Source: an uncultured Melioribacteraceae bacterium
GTDB taxonomy: Bacteria > Bacteroidota > Ignavibacteria > Ignavibacteriales > Melioribacteraceae
Direction: 5' to 3'
Assembly (NCBI GenBank): GCA_963821715.1
Contig: CAWGET010000010.1
Span: forward strand, 47,990-111,989
Length of the DNA: 64,000 nt
In this document: piece by piece, positions 1 through 10,744 of the stretch
How the letters are laid out: every line of letters begins with the position of its first letter
How positions within the stretch are numbered: position 1 is the first letter of the stretch
Made by a program: the position numbers and the translations under genes
Notes under the pieces: model-generated
What the model was told of the DNA's origin: nothing
Seen by the model: only the letters and a program-made list of their open reading frames with translations
Databases searched by the model: none

Positions 1-373
1 AAAACGCGCCGTTTATTCCCATCATTAAAATCTGAAGGAGCGGATAATATCCGAACTTCTCTCTTTCCAAATCAATATTTGCGATTGAATAAACCGCGGT
101 TGTAAAGCCGATAGTTCCGCTGATAGCTACCATTATTGCACTGAAAAGATCTGCTACCAGGGATATCCCGAAGGGTGCACGCCAATCGCCAACTTGAAGA
201 ACATAAATTCCCAGATCGTTTATTTTAAGAAAGAGGAATATCGAAGAAATAAGCAGTAGGGTAAATCCTGTCAAATTTAAAATTCTATGGATAGCAGGTC
301 TCTTCCAAAAAAAGATCATAATAATGGCGGTTAAAAACGGTATGATGATTGGAGCAATAATTAGTAGTTTCAT
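1..373 (-). CDS. mrpD: Mrp/Mnh Na+/H+ antiporter subunit D, N-terminal part (gene runs off left edge)
   Basis: Reverse translation from ATG at 373-371 gives MKLLIIAPIIIPFLTAIIMIFFWKRP...QVGDWRAPFGISLVADLFSAIMV..., typical of the MrpD/NuoN-like N-terminus. It starts directly after the mrpC stop at 374-376. It is absent from the ORF track because the window edge truncates it. Confidence 0.75.
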   Translation of the reverse strand, partial: MKLLIIAPIIIPFLTAIIMIFFWKRPAIHRILNLTGFTLLLISSIFLFLKINDLGIYVLQVGDWRAPFGISLVADLFSAIMVAISGTIGFTTAVYSIANIDLEREKFGYYPLLQILMMGINGAF

Positions 374-730
374 TTAATCTTCTAAGGAATCAGTTGTTCT
401 GAATTTATCTATATCGTCGCTGCCCACAACCTGATAAGCACGTTTATAAAGCGCGATTGCAAAAGCCTGCAGCCCAAAACCGATAACGATTGCTGTTAGA
501 ATTAAAGCCTGCGGAACCGGATCGGAATAAGGCTCCGAAAGAATTTTCGCGTTTTCGGCAATAAATGCAGGTTTGCCTTTAAACATTTTCCCGAGCGTAA
601 AAATTAAAAGATTTGCGGCGTGGCCTAAAAATACAAGTCCGATTATTACTTTTACAAGACTTCTTCGCAGCATCATGTAAAGTCCGGCAGTGTATAAAAC
701 CCCGATAATAACCGCGAGCAGAATATTCAT
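374..730 (-). CDS. mrpC: Mrp/Mnh antiporter subunit C
   Basis: ORF 374..859 trimmed to the internal ATG at 730 ([25 protein letters not shown]...). 118 aa, three predicted TM helices, NuoK/MnhC-like. ATGA overlap with the mrpB stop (727-729). Confidence 0.85.
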   Translation of the reverse strand: MNILLAVIIGVLYTAGLYMMLRRSLVKVIIGLVFLGHAANLLIFTLGKMFKGKPAFIAENAKILSEPYSDPVPQALILTAIVIGFGLQAFAIALYKRAYQVVGSDDIDKFRTTDSLED

Positions 731-1143
731 GCCTGATCCTCCTCGGCCAGAGTAAAGATGATTTTCACTGTAATTCCCAGAACGAGAAGATAGACTCCGA
801 AATCGAAAAGCAGAGGAGAACCGATTTTCCCTATTACAGGGATTTCGGAATGCCACCACATTCCGGTTAAAAAATTTTTTCCGTAGAAGATCCCGATCAA
901 TCCGCTGAGCAGGGCGCTTGCAAGTCCGGCAGCGATCAGATAAAATGAATCGAAGCCGAGCAATTTTTTAGCGTCTTCAACTCCGTTGGCTATTGTAAAA
1001 AGTGCGTAAGCGGCGGCGGCCGTTAGTCCGCCAACAAAGCCTCCGCCCGGATGATTATGCCCTCTTAAAAATAAAAAGAAGGAGAAGAGCAAAAGAAGCG
1101 GCATTAAATATTTTACTGAATTCGATAAAATAAAGGATAACAT
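727..1143 (-). CDS. mrpB: Mrp/Mnh antiporter subunit B
   Basis: 138-aa membrane protein with the MnhB-domain motif [15 protein letters not shown]. Its start abuts the mrpA stop. Confidence 0.85.
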   Translation of the reverse strand: MLSFILSNSVKYLMPLLLLFSFFLFLRGHNHPGGGFVGGLTAAAAYALFTIANGVEDAKKLLGFDSFYLIAAGLASALLSGLIGIFYGKNFLTGMWWHSEIPVIGKIGSPLLFDFGVYLLVLGITVKIIFTLAEEDQA

Positions 1144-3438
1144 TTAATTCTCTTTATTTGTTTTTAATTTCAAAATAGAAAAGATCCCGATTGCTGCGAT
1201 TGCCAAAACGGTAATTTCCCCCATCGTATCGAGCGCGCGGAAATCTACGAGAATTACATTTACAACATTTTTACCATGCGCCAAAACATAACTTGTTTCA
1301 GCATAAAATCCTTTAAGGTCGGATTGCAGATTTCTGCTTAAAACCGTAAGCACGAGAAGTGCAATAAATAATCCGGCGCTGCCCGTAATCACTATATCGC
1401 GTATTCTATGTTTTGTCGATGAAGATTGTAGATATTTAGGCAGCCGGTAAATAATAAGGACAAAAAGGATCACGGTCAATGTTTCAATTGCGAATTGAGT
1501 CATCGCAAGATCTGGTGCGCCGTAAATAAGAAATATTACGGCAACGCTGTATCCCACAATTCCGAGCGATACAACAGAGACCAGCCGCGATTTGGATCTA
1601 ACCACAAGATACGAACCGGTAATGATCATTATTCCTAAAAATATTTCGTAGATGGAAATCGAGGAATCGATGTTTATTAAATCAACATTATTAAACCTAA
1701 AAAAAGTAAAGCCGGCCAACCCAACAACAAATATTAAAATTGTTATGATATAATAACGGAGAAATCCGTTTTGAAAAATTTTTGTCTGAAATTTCGCAGC
1801 GCTTAATAGTCCGGGAATTGCCGCGTCATAAATTCTGCTCGGGAATATTGATTTCGGTTTTGGAAATGAATCCGACGTTTTTAAAACATTCTTCCAGAAA
1901 TAAAATACTGTAATCCCCGCGGCAAGAGTCAGCAGACTAAATAAGAATATCAAATTAAAGCCGTGCCATAATTTTATTTTTAGATCGATAGTAGAAGCAA
2001 AAATATTTCCGGTTGCACTTAAAGCCAGTTTTTCGAAGACCTGCGGGAAAACTCCAACAATTAAACCCAAAGCGCCAAGTATAACAGGTGCAATCCACAT
2101 TTGAAGCGGCGCTTCTTCCGGTTCTTCACCGGGATATTTTTCTTCGCCCCAAAAAGATTTTATTCCCGCGAGTGCGCCAACAGTGACAATAAAAGTATTT
2201 GCGATGAAAGTTAGTATGAATAGAATAATTGTAAATTTTCCGAAATGAAAAGCGGCTTCGTAGATAGCTTCCTTCCCGATAAATCCTACAAAAGGAATCA
2301 ATCCCATTTTTGACAATCCGGCTAACAATGCGGCTGCAGCGGTGAAAGGCATCAGTTTTTTCAATCCGGAAAGTTTGGTAATATTTCTTGTTCCGGTTTC
2401 GTGATCTAAATTTCCGGCAACCAAAAATAGAGCGGCTTTATACAACGCGTGCGCGATAAGATAAATTATCATCGCGTTTATCGAAATTTCCGAATTGATC
2501 CCGATCAACATAATCAGAGTTCCAAGCACGCTAACAGTAGAATAAGCAAGAATTGCCTTAATATCCTTCTGCTGAACAGCGAGGAAGGCAGCGAAGAGCA
2601 TGGTAATCAATCCAACAATCACTAAAATATTTTGCCATAAATCCGTTCCGCCCAAAACCGGATTCATTCTCGCTATCAGATAAACTCCCGCCTTTACCAT
2701 CGTTGCGGAATGAAGATAAGCCGATACCGGTGTGGGAGCGGCCATAGCCGCCGGAAGCCATATATGAAAAGGAAACTGCGCCGATTTTGTAAAGGCGCCG
2801 ATCAGCACAAGAATTACGATAGCCGAATAATATGGATGATTTCGGATAACCTCGCCGCTGTTTAAAATTTCCGTAATTTCCATCGTTCCGGCTGAAATAC
2901 TTATCAAGATAAAGCCCGCAAGCATTGCCAATCCTCCGCCGGCCGTAATAAGCAATGCCTGAAGCGCGGCGTCTCGTGATTTTTCCTCGTCGTGTTTAAA
3001 TCCGATCAGCATGTAAGAACTTATGCTTGTTAATTCCCAAAAAATGAATATCGTAAATAAATTTGCCGATGTTACTAAGCCGATCATCGACGACATGAAG
3101 ACGAGAAGATAAATATAAAATCTATCCACATATTCTTCATGCTTCATATAACTTCCTGCATAGAGGAAAATTAAAAACCCAATACCGCTGATAATGAGTG
3201 CGAATGTTAAACTTAAACCGTCGAGATAAAAAGATAAATTAATTTTAAGATTTGGCGCCCAAGCGTAAAATTCTTGCAAGGACTTTCTTTCTAATACCGG
3301 TCCAATTCTTGTGAGAAAGAATATAAATAAGGAAAGGGGAACGGCGGAAATGAAAAGCCCCTGATTTTTCTTTAAGTATTTAAAAAGAAGCGGGACAAAA
3401 AAAGCTAAAATAAATCCCGAAAGCGCCGCAATAAGCAT
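1144..3438 (-). CDS. mrpA: Mrp/Mnh antiporter subunit A (NuoL-like)
   Basis: 764-aa polytopic protein with NuoL/MrpA-type segments (WELTSISSYMLIGF, HSATMVKAGVYLIARM). First gene of the mrpABCD order on the minus strand. Confidence 0.9.
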   Translation of the reverse strand: MLIAALSGFILAFFVPLLFKYLKKNQGLFISAVPLSLFIFFLTRIGPVLERKSLQEFYAWAPNLKINLSFYLDGLSLTFALIISGIGFLIFLYAGSYMKHEEYVDRFYIYLLVFMSSMIGLVTSANLFTIFIFWELTSISSYMLIGFKHDEEKSRDAALQALLITAGGGLAMLAGFILISISAGTMEITEILNSGEVIRNHPYYSAIVILVLIGAFTKSAQFPFHIWLPAAMAAPTPVSAYLHSATMVKAGVYLIARMNPVLGGTDLWQNILVIVGLITMLFAAFLAVQQKDIKAILAYSTVSVLGTLIMLIGINSEISINAMIIYLIAHALYKAALFLVAGNLDHETGTRNITKLSGLKKLMPFTAAAALLAGLSKMGLIPFVGFIGKEAIYEAAFHFGKFTIILFILTFIANTFIVTVGALAGIKSFWGEEKYPGEEPEEAPLQMWIAPVILGALGLIVGVFPQVFEKLALSATGNIFASTIDLKIKLWHGFNLIFLFSLLTLAAGITVFYFWKNVLKTSDSFPKPKSIFPSRIYDAAIPGLLSAAKFQTKIFQNGFLRYYIITILIFVVGLAGFTFFRFNNVDLINIDSSISIYEIFLGIMIITGSYLVVRSKSRLVSVVSLGIVGYSVAVIFLIYGAPDLAMTQFAIETLTVILFVLIIYRLPKYLQSSSTKHRIRDIVITGSAGLFIALLVLTVLSRNLQSDLKGFYAETSYVLAHGKNVVNVILVDFRALDTMGEITVLAIAAIGIFSILKLKTNKEN

Positions 3439-3691
3439 TAATGCCCTCTTGTAAAAATCGAATTAGTTATTAATATATAAACTCATTTATTCTAAAAAAA
3501 ATTCCCGGTTTTATACAAAATATCCAAATTTATTTAAAGCAGCGTTGTTATATGAAATAAAATTAATAAATTAAATATCTTCAAGAAGTAAATAAATTTT
3601 AGATTAAGTAATTATTGAACATAAATCAATAGAAACCGGAAGAAGACTTTAATTCGATTTTTAATACAGATAAATTTAGCGAGATAATGAA

Positions 3692-4753
3692 TTGAGAAAA
3701 ATTCTTTATTTACTTATTGCTTTAACCGCTATGGCGGCATTTATTGCATTTCTGGAAATTGACATCTGGTGGATTCGGGTATTTGATTTCCCGCGTCTTC
3801 AAATTTTAATAGTCGCTTTGATTTTATTATTTGTTTTGGTCTTTTTCTCGGAAAAAAAATTATCTTACTTTTTATTCTTATCTCTCGTGGTAATTGTAAT
3901 TGTTTTGCAGATGTATTTGATCTTTCCATTTACTCCTTTTGCTGAAGTCGAAGTTCATCCCGCTAAGGACGATTCGGATAATTCTTCCATTACAATATTT
4001 ATTTCCAACGTTTTAATGACGAACAGAGGCGACAGACAATTAAAAAAACTAATACGGGAATATGAGCCTGAATTAATTCTCCTTACGGAAACAGATACAT
4101 GGTGGGCGGAACATCTAACTGAATTGGATTCTGTTTATCCCTTTTCACTCAAAGTTCCTCTTCCAAATACCTACGGTATGCTCTTCTATTCCAAATTAAA
4201 ATTATATCAGCCGAAGATTAGATACCTCGTCCAAAAAGATATTCCCTCAGTTCACGCTTTTGTTGAATTAAAAACGGGAGAAGTTGTTGAATTTTTCGGT
4301 CTTCATCCTCGTCCTCCGATTCCTACGGAAAATTATGAGTCAGATGAACGAGATGCGGAAGTTCTGATAGCCGGAAGAGAAGTAGCGAAGAGCAATTATC
4401 CGGCAATATTGGCGGGAGATCTGAATGATGTCGCATGGTCCCACTCAACCAAACTTTTTAAAGAGATAAGCGAAACCTTGGATCCAAGGGTTGGAAGAGG
4501 ATTATTTAATACATTCAATGCGCATTGGTTTTTTGTACGCTGGCCGCTCGATCACGTTTTTCACACGGAACATTTTTTTTTGATGAACTTGCAGAGAGTT
4601 AATGAAAATTTCGGGTCGGATCACTTCCCGATATTTATTAAACTGAAACTCGACCCCTCCGCAGATGTATTCAATCATCCGCCAAACGCTGAAATTGAAG
4701 AAATCAATAAAGCGAATGAAACCATTGAAGAGGCGCTGGAAGAAAATAATTAA
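3692..4753 (+). CDS. membrane-anchored endonuclease/exonuclease/phosphatase (EEP) family protein
   Basis: 353 aa. N-terminal TM helices are followed by EEP-fold motifs (LLTETD, GDLNDVAWS, GSDHFPIF). TTG start as given in the ORF track. Confidence 0.75.
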   Translation: MRKILYLLIALTAMAAFIAFLEIDIWWIRVFDFPRLQILIVALILLFVLVFFSEKKLSYFLFLSLVVIVIVLQMYLIFPFTPFAEVEVHPAKDDSDNSSITIFISNVLMTNRGDRQLKKLIREYEPELILLTETDTWWAEHLTELDSVYPFSLKVPLPNTYGMLFYSKLKLYQPKIRYLVQKDIPSVHAFVELKTGEVVEFFGLHPRPPIPTENYESDERDAEVLIAGREVAKSNYPAILAGDLNDVAWSHSTKLFKEISETLDPRVGRGLFNTFNAHWFFVRWPLDHVFHTEHFFLMNLQRVNENFGSDHFPIFIKLKLDPSADVFNHPPNAEIEEINKANETIEEALEENN

Positions 4754-4889
4754 GAAAAAGTGAAACGGTAAATGTTTAAGGCATAATGTAAAAATTGAGA
4801 GGCTTACAAATTACATTCATAAATGAGACATTTTTGTTGGATTTTTTAAGATTTTGAAATGTATAGATTAAAAAACAAAGGATTTTATT

Positions 4890-5882
4890 ATGAAAAAAAT
4901 TAATTCAGTGGACGATATTCATAGCGTTGCGAATGCCTTCCGCGAAAGCAGAATTTTATTAACAGCTGTAGAATTGGATGTGTTTACCGCAATAGGCGAA
5001 GGAAGTCTTTCATCCAAAGAAATAGCTTTAAGAATTTTGGCCGACGAACGATACACTGACAGACTTTTGAACTCGCTTACGGCTATGGGGCTTTTAGGAA
5101 AGAAGGATGGAAGATTCTCTAACTTTGAAACAGCGTTAAAATATTTAGTTAAAGGGAAAGGAAGTTACATAAGTAATTTAAATCATGCGGCGCGGCTCTG
5201 GGAAAGCTGGAGCGATTTGACCGAAGTAATAAAAAGTGGTAAGAAATCGAACGCGCGCGACCAAAACAGAAGAAGCGGCAAATGGCTGGAATCTTTTATT
5301 GCCGCTATGCATTATCGCGCAACAGAACAAGCGAAAACAGTTGCAGAAAATTTAGATCTTTCGAACGTTAAAAAATCCCTCGACGTCGGCGGAGGATCGG
5401 GCGCATTTACAATCGGTTTCGTTGAAGAAAATCCGGAAATTAGAGGAGTGGTGTTTGATCTTCCAGATGTTATTCCTCTTACTAAACGATACGTTGAAGA
5501 ATCCGGATTATCGGGTAAAATAAATTTCATCGAAGGCGATTATCATTCCGATAATTTTGGCACTGACTATGATTTGATTTTTATCTCTGCTGTTGCGCAT
5601 ATTAATTCTCCGGAAGAAAACCGTGAATTGATCCGGAAAAGTTTTGAAGCGCTTAACGACGGAGGACAAATTGTCATTTCGGATTTTATTATGAACGACG
5701 AAAGAACGGAGCCGGATTTTGGGACACTCTTCGCGATAAATATGCTGGTAAATACCGAAAGCGGTGACGCCTATACGGAAACTGAGGTAAGTACGTGGCT
5801 TGAAGAAGCGGGCTTCGGAAAAATTGAGCGGAAAGAAACAGGATTTGGCGCTTCGTTAATGATTGGAAGAAAAGCAATGTAA
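4890..5882 (+). CDS. SAM-dependent O-methyltransferase (family 2-like)
   Basis: 330 aa. N-terminal winged-helix dimerisation-like region plus class I SAM motif LDVGGGSGAF and an acidic DLPDV loop. Confidence 0.8.
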   Translation: MKKINSVDDIHSVANAFRESRILLTAVELDVFTAIGEGSLSSKEIALRILADERYTDRLLNSLTAMGLLGKKDGRFSNFETALKYLVKGKGSYISNLNHAARLWESWSDLTEVIKSGKKSNARDQNRRSGKWLESFIAAMHYRATEQAKTVAENLDLSNVKKSLDVGGGSGAFTIGFVEENPEIRGVVFDLPDVIPLTKRYVEESGLSGKINFIEGDYHSDNFGTDYDLIFISAVAHINSPEENRELIRKSFEALNDGGQIVISDFIMNDERTEPDFGTLFAINMLVNTESGDAYTETEVSTWLEEAGFGKIERKETGFGASLMIGRKAM

Positions 5883-5927
5883 AGTAGGTTTATATATTTG
5901 ATCGACTTGCAATTATCTAAAAATAGC

Positions 5928-5947
5928 GGAAAGGGCATGCCCTTTCC
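5928..5947. terminator. perfect 10-bp GC-rich palindrome between convergent genes
   Basis: ggaaagggca/tgccctttcc is a perfect inverted repeat 46 nt after the methyltransferase stop. Confidence 0.5.
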
Positions 5948-5963
5948 CTAAATTGTTTTCAAT

Positions 5964-5992
5964 TGTAGAGACGTCGCATGCAACGTCTCTAC
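5964..5992. terminator. 11-bp stem hairpin between convergent genes
   Basis: tgtagagacgt (5964-5974) pairs perfectly with acgtctctaca (5982-5992). It lies 23 nt beyond the gpmI stop and is probably a bidirectional terminator together with 5928-5947. Confidence 0.5.
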
Positions 5993-6014
5993 ATCTATGA
6001 AATTGCGATAATTG

Positions 6015-7649
6015 TTACTGCTTTTGAAATGTGATTAATGATTTATCATAACCTTCAACGTTTTTAAATCCAAGCAAATTCAATATCGTTCCGGCAATGT
6101 TTGTTAATCCGGGATGCTCTAAATCAGCCATTTTATATTCGCCGTTATAATTCGGATCGTAAATTATAAAAGGAACCGGATTAAGCGTATGAGATGTTTT
6201 AACATCCTTCTTCCCCTTTTTCATAGTGAACATTTCATCGGCGTTTCCGTGATCCGCTGTTATCAAAGCGATGCCGCCAACTTCGTCAATAACCGGAAGA
6301 AGTTTGCCAAGACATTCATCGACCGTTTCCACAGCGATGATCGCGGCGTCTACTTTGCCGGAATGACCAACCATATCACCATTTGGATAGTTCAATCTTC
6401 CCCATCGGTATTTCCCGCTCTTCATCAAATCTATCACTTCGTCCGTAATTTCGTAAGCCTTCATCTTTGGGGCTTTATCAAATTCAATTTTATCGGAAGG
6501 TATCTCAACGTATTTTTCAAGTTCTTCATTTATATAACCGGATCGGTTCCCGTTCCAGAAATAAGTAACATGCCCAAACTTCTGTGTTTCGGAAACAGCG
6601 AAAGAAGTAACTCCAGCGTCGCATAAATATTCGCTGATTGTTTGGTCGATTGCCGGAGGCACGACGAGATAATTTCTTGGGATATGAAGATCGCCGTCAT
6701 ATTCCATCATTCCGGCGTAAAAAATATCGGGCTTTCTTTCCCGGTCAAATTTATCAAAATTTTCTTCTTCGAACGCGCGCGAAATTTCAATCGCTCTATC
6801 GCCCCGAAAGTTAAAAAATATTACGGCGTCTCCGTCTTCGATTGTTCCTACGGGATTACCGTTTTCGTCGGCTACAACAAATGAATCTAAATATTGATCA
6901 ATAATTTCCGGGTCTTCATCATAAAAAGTTTTTACGGCTTCGGAAGCCGAGCTGAATTTGCGGGCTTTTCCAAGGACATGAGCCTCCCATCCTTTTTTAA
7001 CTATATCCCAATCGGCATTGTAGCGGTCCATTGTAGTTTTCATTCTTCCGCCGCCCGAAGCAATTTGGTAATCGTAATTTTTTTCATCGCTAATTTTCTT
7101 TAATAGTTCTTCAAGCGGTTCAACATAATTTAACGCAGATTTTTCCCCAACGTCTCTTCCGTCCAATAAAGTATGAACGCGCAATTTTTCCACGCCTGAC
7201 TCTGCCGCTTTATTTATCAGCGCGAATAATTGATCAATATGTGAGTGAACATTTCCGTCGGAAAGCAATCCTATAAAATGCAGCGTTCCGCCGCTCTTGG
7301 CTTTTTCAACTGCTTTCTTCCATGTTTCGCCTTCAAAAATATGTCCGGATTCTATTGATTGATTTACTAATTTCGCACCTTGCGCAAAGACTCTCCCGGC
7401 GCCAATTGCATTGTGTCCAACCTCGCTGTTACCCATATCGTCTTCAGTCGGTAATCCAACAGCCGGTCCGTGAGCTTTCAAATCAACTCGCAGTTCCGAT
7501 TGCATCAGTTTATCGAGATTCGGCGTATCCGCCAAATAAACGGCATCCGATTCGTCTTTTCTTCCGATACCAACACCATCCATAATCACAAGCAAAACCG
7601 GTCCTTTACGCCCGTTAAAATTTTGCAGCTTCTCTAATTTCAGTTCCAT
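6015..7649 (-). CDS. gpmI: 2,3-bisphosphoglycerate-independent phosphoglycerate mutase
   Basis: 544 aa with iPGM signatures (VIMDGVGIG, NSEVGHNAIGAGR, ITADHGNADEM). Confidence 0.95.
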   Translation of the reverse strand: MELKLEKLQNFNGRKGPVLLVIMDGVGIGRKDESDAVYLADTPNLDKLMQSELRVDLKAHGPAVGLPTEDDMGNSEVGHNAIGAGRVFAQGAKLVNQSIESGHIFEGETWKKAVEKAKSGGTLHFIGLLSDGNVHSHIDQLFALINKAAESGVEKLRVHTLLDGRDVGEKSALNYVEPLEELLKKISDEKNYDYQIASGGGRMKTTMDRYNADWDIVKKGWEAHVLGKARKFSSASEAVKTFYDEDPEIIDQYLDSFVVADENGNPVGTIEDGDAVIFFNFRGDRAIEISRAFEEENFDKFDRERKPDIFYAGMMEYDGDLHIPRNYLVVPPAIDQTISEYLCDAGVTSFAVSETQKFGHVTYFWNGNRSGYINEELEKYVEIPSDKIEFDKAPKMKAYEITDEVIDLMKSGKYRWGRLNYPNGDMVGHSGKVDAAIIAVETVDECLGKLLPVIDEVGGIALITADHGNADEMFTMKKGKKDVKTSHTLNPVPFIIYDPNYNGEYKMADLEHPGLTNIAGTILNLLGFKNVEGYDKSLITFQKQ

Positions 7650-7785
7650 AGTTTGTCCTTTTAGTATAAACAGTTCAAGTTTATAATATAGCCACGAAAT
7701 GAAATTTTATCAAATAATCTTTTCTTTAAAAAAGATTTATGTTAATTTCTACGATGGATGTATCCAAAAACAGAAAAAGATTTAG

Positions 7786-8241
7786 ATGAACAACGAAATA
7801 TTATATCATTTTTTTGACGACGACGATTTCCTCCGTATCTCCAATAAAATTCAGGAAACGGAAAAAATAACTTCCGGTGAAATTCGGATAAGCATCAAAG
7901 AGAAAAAATCTCTTCGTCAAAAAAACAAAGACCTGCGTAAGCTGGCTGAAGAAGAATTTTATAAGCTTAATATGAACAACACGAGAGACAAAACAGGCAT
8001 CCTCATTTTCATCATCCTGCAAGAAAGGCAATTTTTAATTCTGGCTGATTCGGGAATCAATGAAAAAGTCTCTCAACAAACCTGGGATGAAGTTAGAAAC
8101 GAAATGCAGAAAAAATTTAAGGAAGGATTTTATACTGAAGGAATACTTTCGGGGATTGAGCGTGTAGGACAGATTCTCAGCGAACATTTCCCCATTAAAC
8201 CGGACGACACGAACGAACTTTCCAATAAAGTAGTTGTATAA
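7786..8241 (+). CDS. TPM-domain protein
   Basis: 151 aa. The TSGEIRISI and GILIFIILQERQFLILADSGI segments resemble the TPM/TLP18.3 phosphatase-like domain. Confidence 0.65.
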   Translation: MNNEILYHFFDDDDFLRISNKIQETEKITSGEIRISIKEKKSLRQKNKDLRKLAEEEFYKLNMNNTRDKTGILIFIILQERQFLILADSGINEKVSQQTWDEVRNEMQKKFKEGFYTEGILSGIERVGQILSEHFPIKPDDTNELSNKVVV

Positions 8242-8315
8242 ATAAAAAATTTAGCCGATAATAAGACAATAGCTCTTGTTGAACTTTTTGCTTTAATTTA
8301 TTTGTTTAGAATTTA

Positions 8316-9263
8316 ATGATTATTAAAAGAAGAAAATTTTTAAAGAAAAGTTTCTGGATTTCCGCGGCGGCCTTGCTTACAGATCCGTTTTCGCTGATGA
8401 CTGAGACGAAAGCTGACCCGCCGGTGAAACTTAATTACAAGCCGGAGCCGGGCAATTGGAACGACGATGAAATAACGCTTAGCTGGATAGGGCATTCTAC
8501 GGTTTTAATAAATTTTTACGGAACCTGGATAGTTACCGATCCCGCACTGGGCAACCGCGTTGGGTTGAATATTTTTGGAAAAACCTTTGGTCCTTCGCGC
8601 TTAACTCCACCTGCTTTAACTTTTGATGAATTTCCTAAACCGGATCTTATTCTTCTTTCTCATGCGCATATGGATCATACCGATTCCAAAACATTGAAAA
8701 AATTTACAAAAAAATTCCCGGGTCAGATAGACGTTGTTGCAGCTTTCAACACCGGCGATGTAATAGACGAACATAAATGGAGATCTGTTTCCATTTTGGA
8801 TTGGGGAATGACGAAAAATGTGGAAAACGTAAAGATTACAGCGAGCGAAGTAGATCATTTCGGATGGCGCCTGCCTTGGGAAAAAGACAGAAGCCGCGGT
8901 TACTTTGAAGACGGCAGAAGCTACAACGCTTATGTTATTGAAAAGAACGGAAAGAAAATCTTATTCGGCGGCGATACACGGGATACAAAAGCGCTTGAAT
9001 CCTTGAGCGATGAAGAAATTGATATCGCGCTGATGCCCGTTGGCGCTTACAATCCCTGGCGGCGTTATCATTGCGATCCTGAAGAAGCTCTGCAGATGGC
9101 AAATAACATTAACGCAAAATATTTTGTCCCAATACACTGTAAAACATTCCGTCAGGGGAAAGAACCATTTAACGAACCGATTGACTGGGTAAAAAATTCG
9201 ATACCAAATTATAATTTAAAATTAGGATTGGAAGAGATTGGAGAAACTTTTAAGCTGATTTAA
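8316..9263 (+). CDS. MBL-fold metallo-hydrolase with Tat-like signal
   Basis: 315 aa. N-terminal RRKFLKKS twin-arginine-like signal and the HxHxDH motif (SHAHMDHTD). Confidence 0.8.
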   Translation: MIIKRRKFLKKSFWISAAALLTDPFSLMTETKADPPVKLNYKPEPGNWNDDEITLSWIGHSTVLINFYGTWIVTDPALGNRVGLNIFGKTFGPSRLTPPALTFDEFPKPDLILLSHAHMDHTDSKTLKKFTKKFPGQIDVVAAFNTGDVIDEHKWRSVSILDWGMTKNVENVKITASEVDHFGWRLPWEKDRSRGYFEDGRSYNAYVIEKNGKKILFGGDTRDTKALESLSDEEIDIALMPVGAYNPWRRYHCDPEEALQMANNINAKYFVPIHCKTFRQGKEPFNEPIDWVKNSIPNYNLKLGLEEIGETFKLI

Positions 9264-9273
9264 GTTGAGTATT

Positions 9274-10164
9274 TCATTTCCCTATCCGCTGTATAAAAAT
9301 TCCGCCAACAATTAAAACTAATCCGATAATTGAAGAAAACAAAAGTGTTTCTTTTAAGATGAGCGCAATGAAAACCAATGAAATAAAGGGCGACAGATAA
9401 GCGAGTGTTGAAGTCTTCGCTTTGTTATCGCTAAGCTGAAGGGCTTTCATCCAAAGGAAAAAAGTTATTCCCATTTCAAAAAGCCCGATATAAGCCGCTC
9501 CGAAAATAAATGAATAATCATTCAGTTTAAATGAATCGAAAAGAAAAATATATACGGCCGTAAATATTGTTCCGGTAAAAAACGCTCCGAATAATTTTAT
9601 TCCGCTCTCCCGTTCATCTTTTAAATTTAAAATCCAAAAAGACGCCCAGATGAGAGAACTTCCGGCGGCTAACAATACTCCTAATATGCTGTGGAATTCC
9701 AGAGAGAAGAGATCACCGCGAGTAGCTATAACGGCGACTCCAAAGAAGGCAAGTATAAGTCCCGCGATAGTTTTCAACGCAAGTTTCTGATCTAAAAAAA
9801 TAACCGAAAAAATAGAAATAGCGATTGGCCATGTGTAATTTAGCGGCTGCGCTTCCTGCGCCGGAAGTAAAGAATATGCTTTGAATAAAACGAGATAGTA
9901 AAAGAAAGGATTTATCAATCCCAGCGCCGCGTTTTTAATTAGAGATCTTCCTGCAAAAATATTTTTTATTTTTACACCCGCCTCTCTTTTCGCAAAGAAG
10001 AACAAGATTACTGAGCTGAAAAAGGAAGAATAAAAAAGGAGTTGAACATAATTCATCCCGTCCAGCGTTAACTTAAAAGCGGTTGCAACCGTGGACCAGA
10101 ATAAAACTGCGCTTACGGCAAAAAGATTTGATTTTGTTTGGATGTTCAAAAAATTTCCCGGCAA
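9274..10164 (-). CDS. DMT/EamA-family transporter
   Basis: 296 aa, about 10 TM helices arranged as two EamA-like halves. TTG start; the exact start is uncertain. Confidence 0.8.
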   Translation of the reverse strand: MPGNFLNIQTKSNLFAVSAVLFWSTVATAFKLTLDGMNYVQLLFYSSFFSSVILFFFAKREAGVKIKNIFAGRSLIKNAALGLINPFFYYLVLFKAYSLLPAQEAQPLNYTWPIAISIFSVIFLDQKLALKTIAGLILAFFGVAVIATRGDLFSLEFHSILGVLLAAGSSLIWASFWILNLKDERESGIKLFGAFFTGTIFTAVYIFLFDSFKLNDYSFIFGAAYIGLFEMGITFFLWMKALQLSDNKAKTSTLAYLSPFISLVFIALILKETLLFSSIIGLVLIVGGIFIQRIGK

Positions 10165-10249
10165 AAAAGGAAGATAATTTATTTTTATTAAAATATCTCT
10201 AAATTTAATATTGATTTATTCTTCTGCATAGATTTTAGGGGGAGCGCAA

Positions 10250-10744
10250 ATGGACGAGATGATATTCTTCAATAAGCTGGATATTAAACTTTTAATCCAG
10301 TTAATGCTTGCGCCGGCTGTTATGATTAGCGCGTGCGGGCTTTTGATATTAGGAATTAATAACAAGTATTCCATCGTCGTTAACAGAATTCGTCTGCTCA
10401 ACGAAGAACGCAGGAAGATTAAATTCAAAATTGGGGGCGAAGCTTATTCAACCGAGGAAAACGTCCGGTTAGAAAGTATTACTATTCAATTAAAGCTGCT
10501 GGTTTTTCGGGTTAAATTAGTTCGTAATTCAGTTCTCGCTTACACAGCTTCAATAGGACTTTTTGTTTTAACCTCGCTGCTCCTTGGTCTTCTTTATTTT
10601 TTGAAGATCAATATTCTTTATATGTTTATAATTCTTGCGTTCATTGCCGGTATGATCTCCTTATTTTGCGGCGTATATTTTGCCGCGCGCGAAATTTTGA
10701 AGGGGTACGAAATTATAAATTTAGAAGTTAAAGCGGATGAATGA
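10250..10744 (+). CDS. DUF2721-like membrane protein
   Basis: 164 aa. An N-terminal TM segment (LMLAPAVMISACGLLILG) is followed by NRIRLLNEERR and two C-terminal TM helices, the usual DUF2721 layout. Overlaps the aat start by 8 nt. Confidence 0.55.
   Translation: MDEMIFFNKLDIKLLIQLMLAPAVMISACGLLILGINNKYSIVVNRIRLLNEERRKIKFKIGGEAYSTEENVRLESITIQLKLLVFRVKLVRNSVLAYTASIGLFVLTSLLLGLLYFLKINILYMFIILAFIAGMISLFCGVYFAAREILKGYEIINLEVKADE

Noticed and set aside
374-859. N-terminal extensions in the ORF track for mrpC (to 859), rseC (to 22207), rnfG (to 25945) and GH15 (to 34623).
   Set aside because: The extensions overlap the upstream genes and encode Arg/Ser-rich junk. Internal ATGs give family-typical N-termini and ATGA or 1-nt junctions with the upstream stops.
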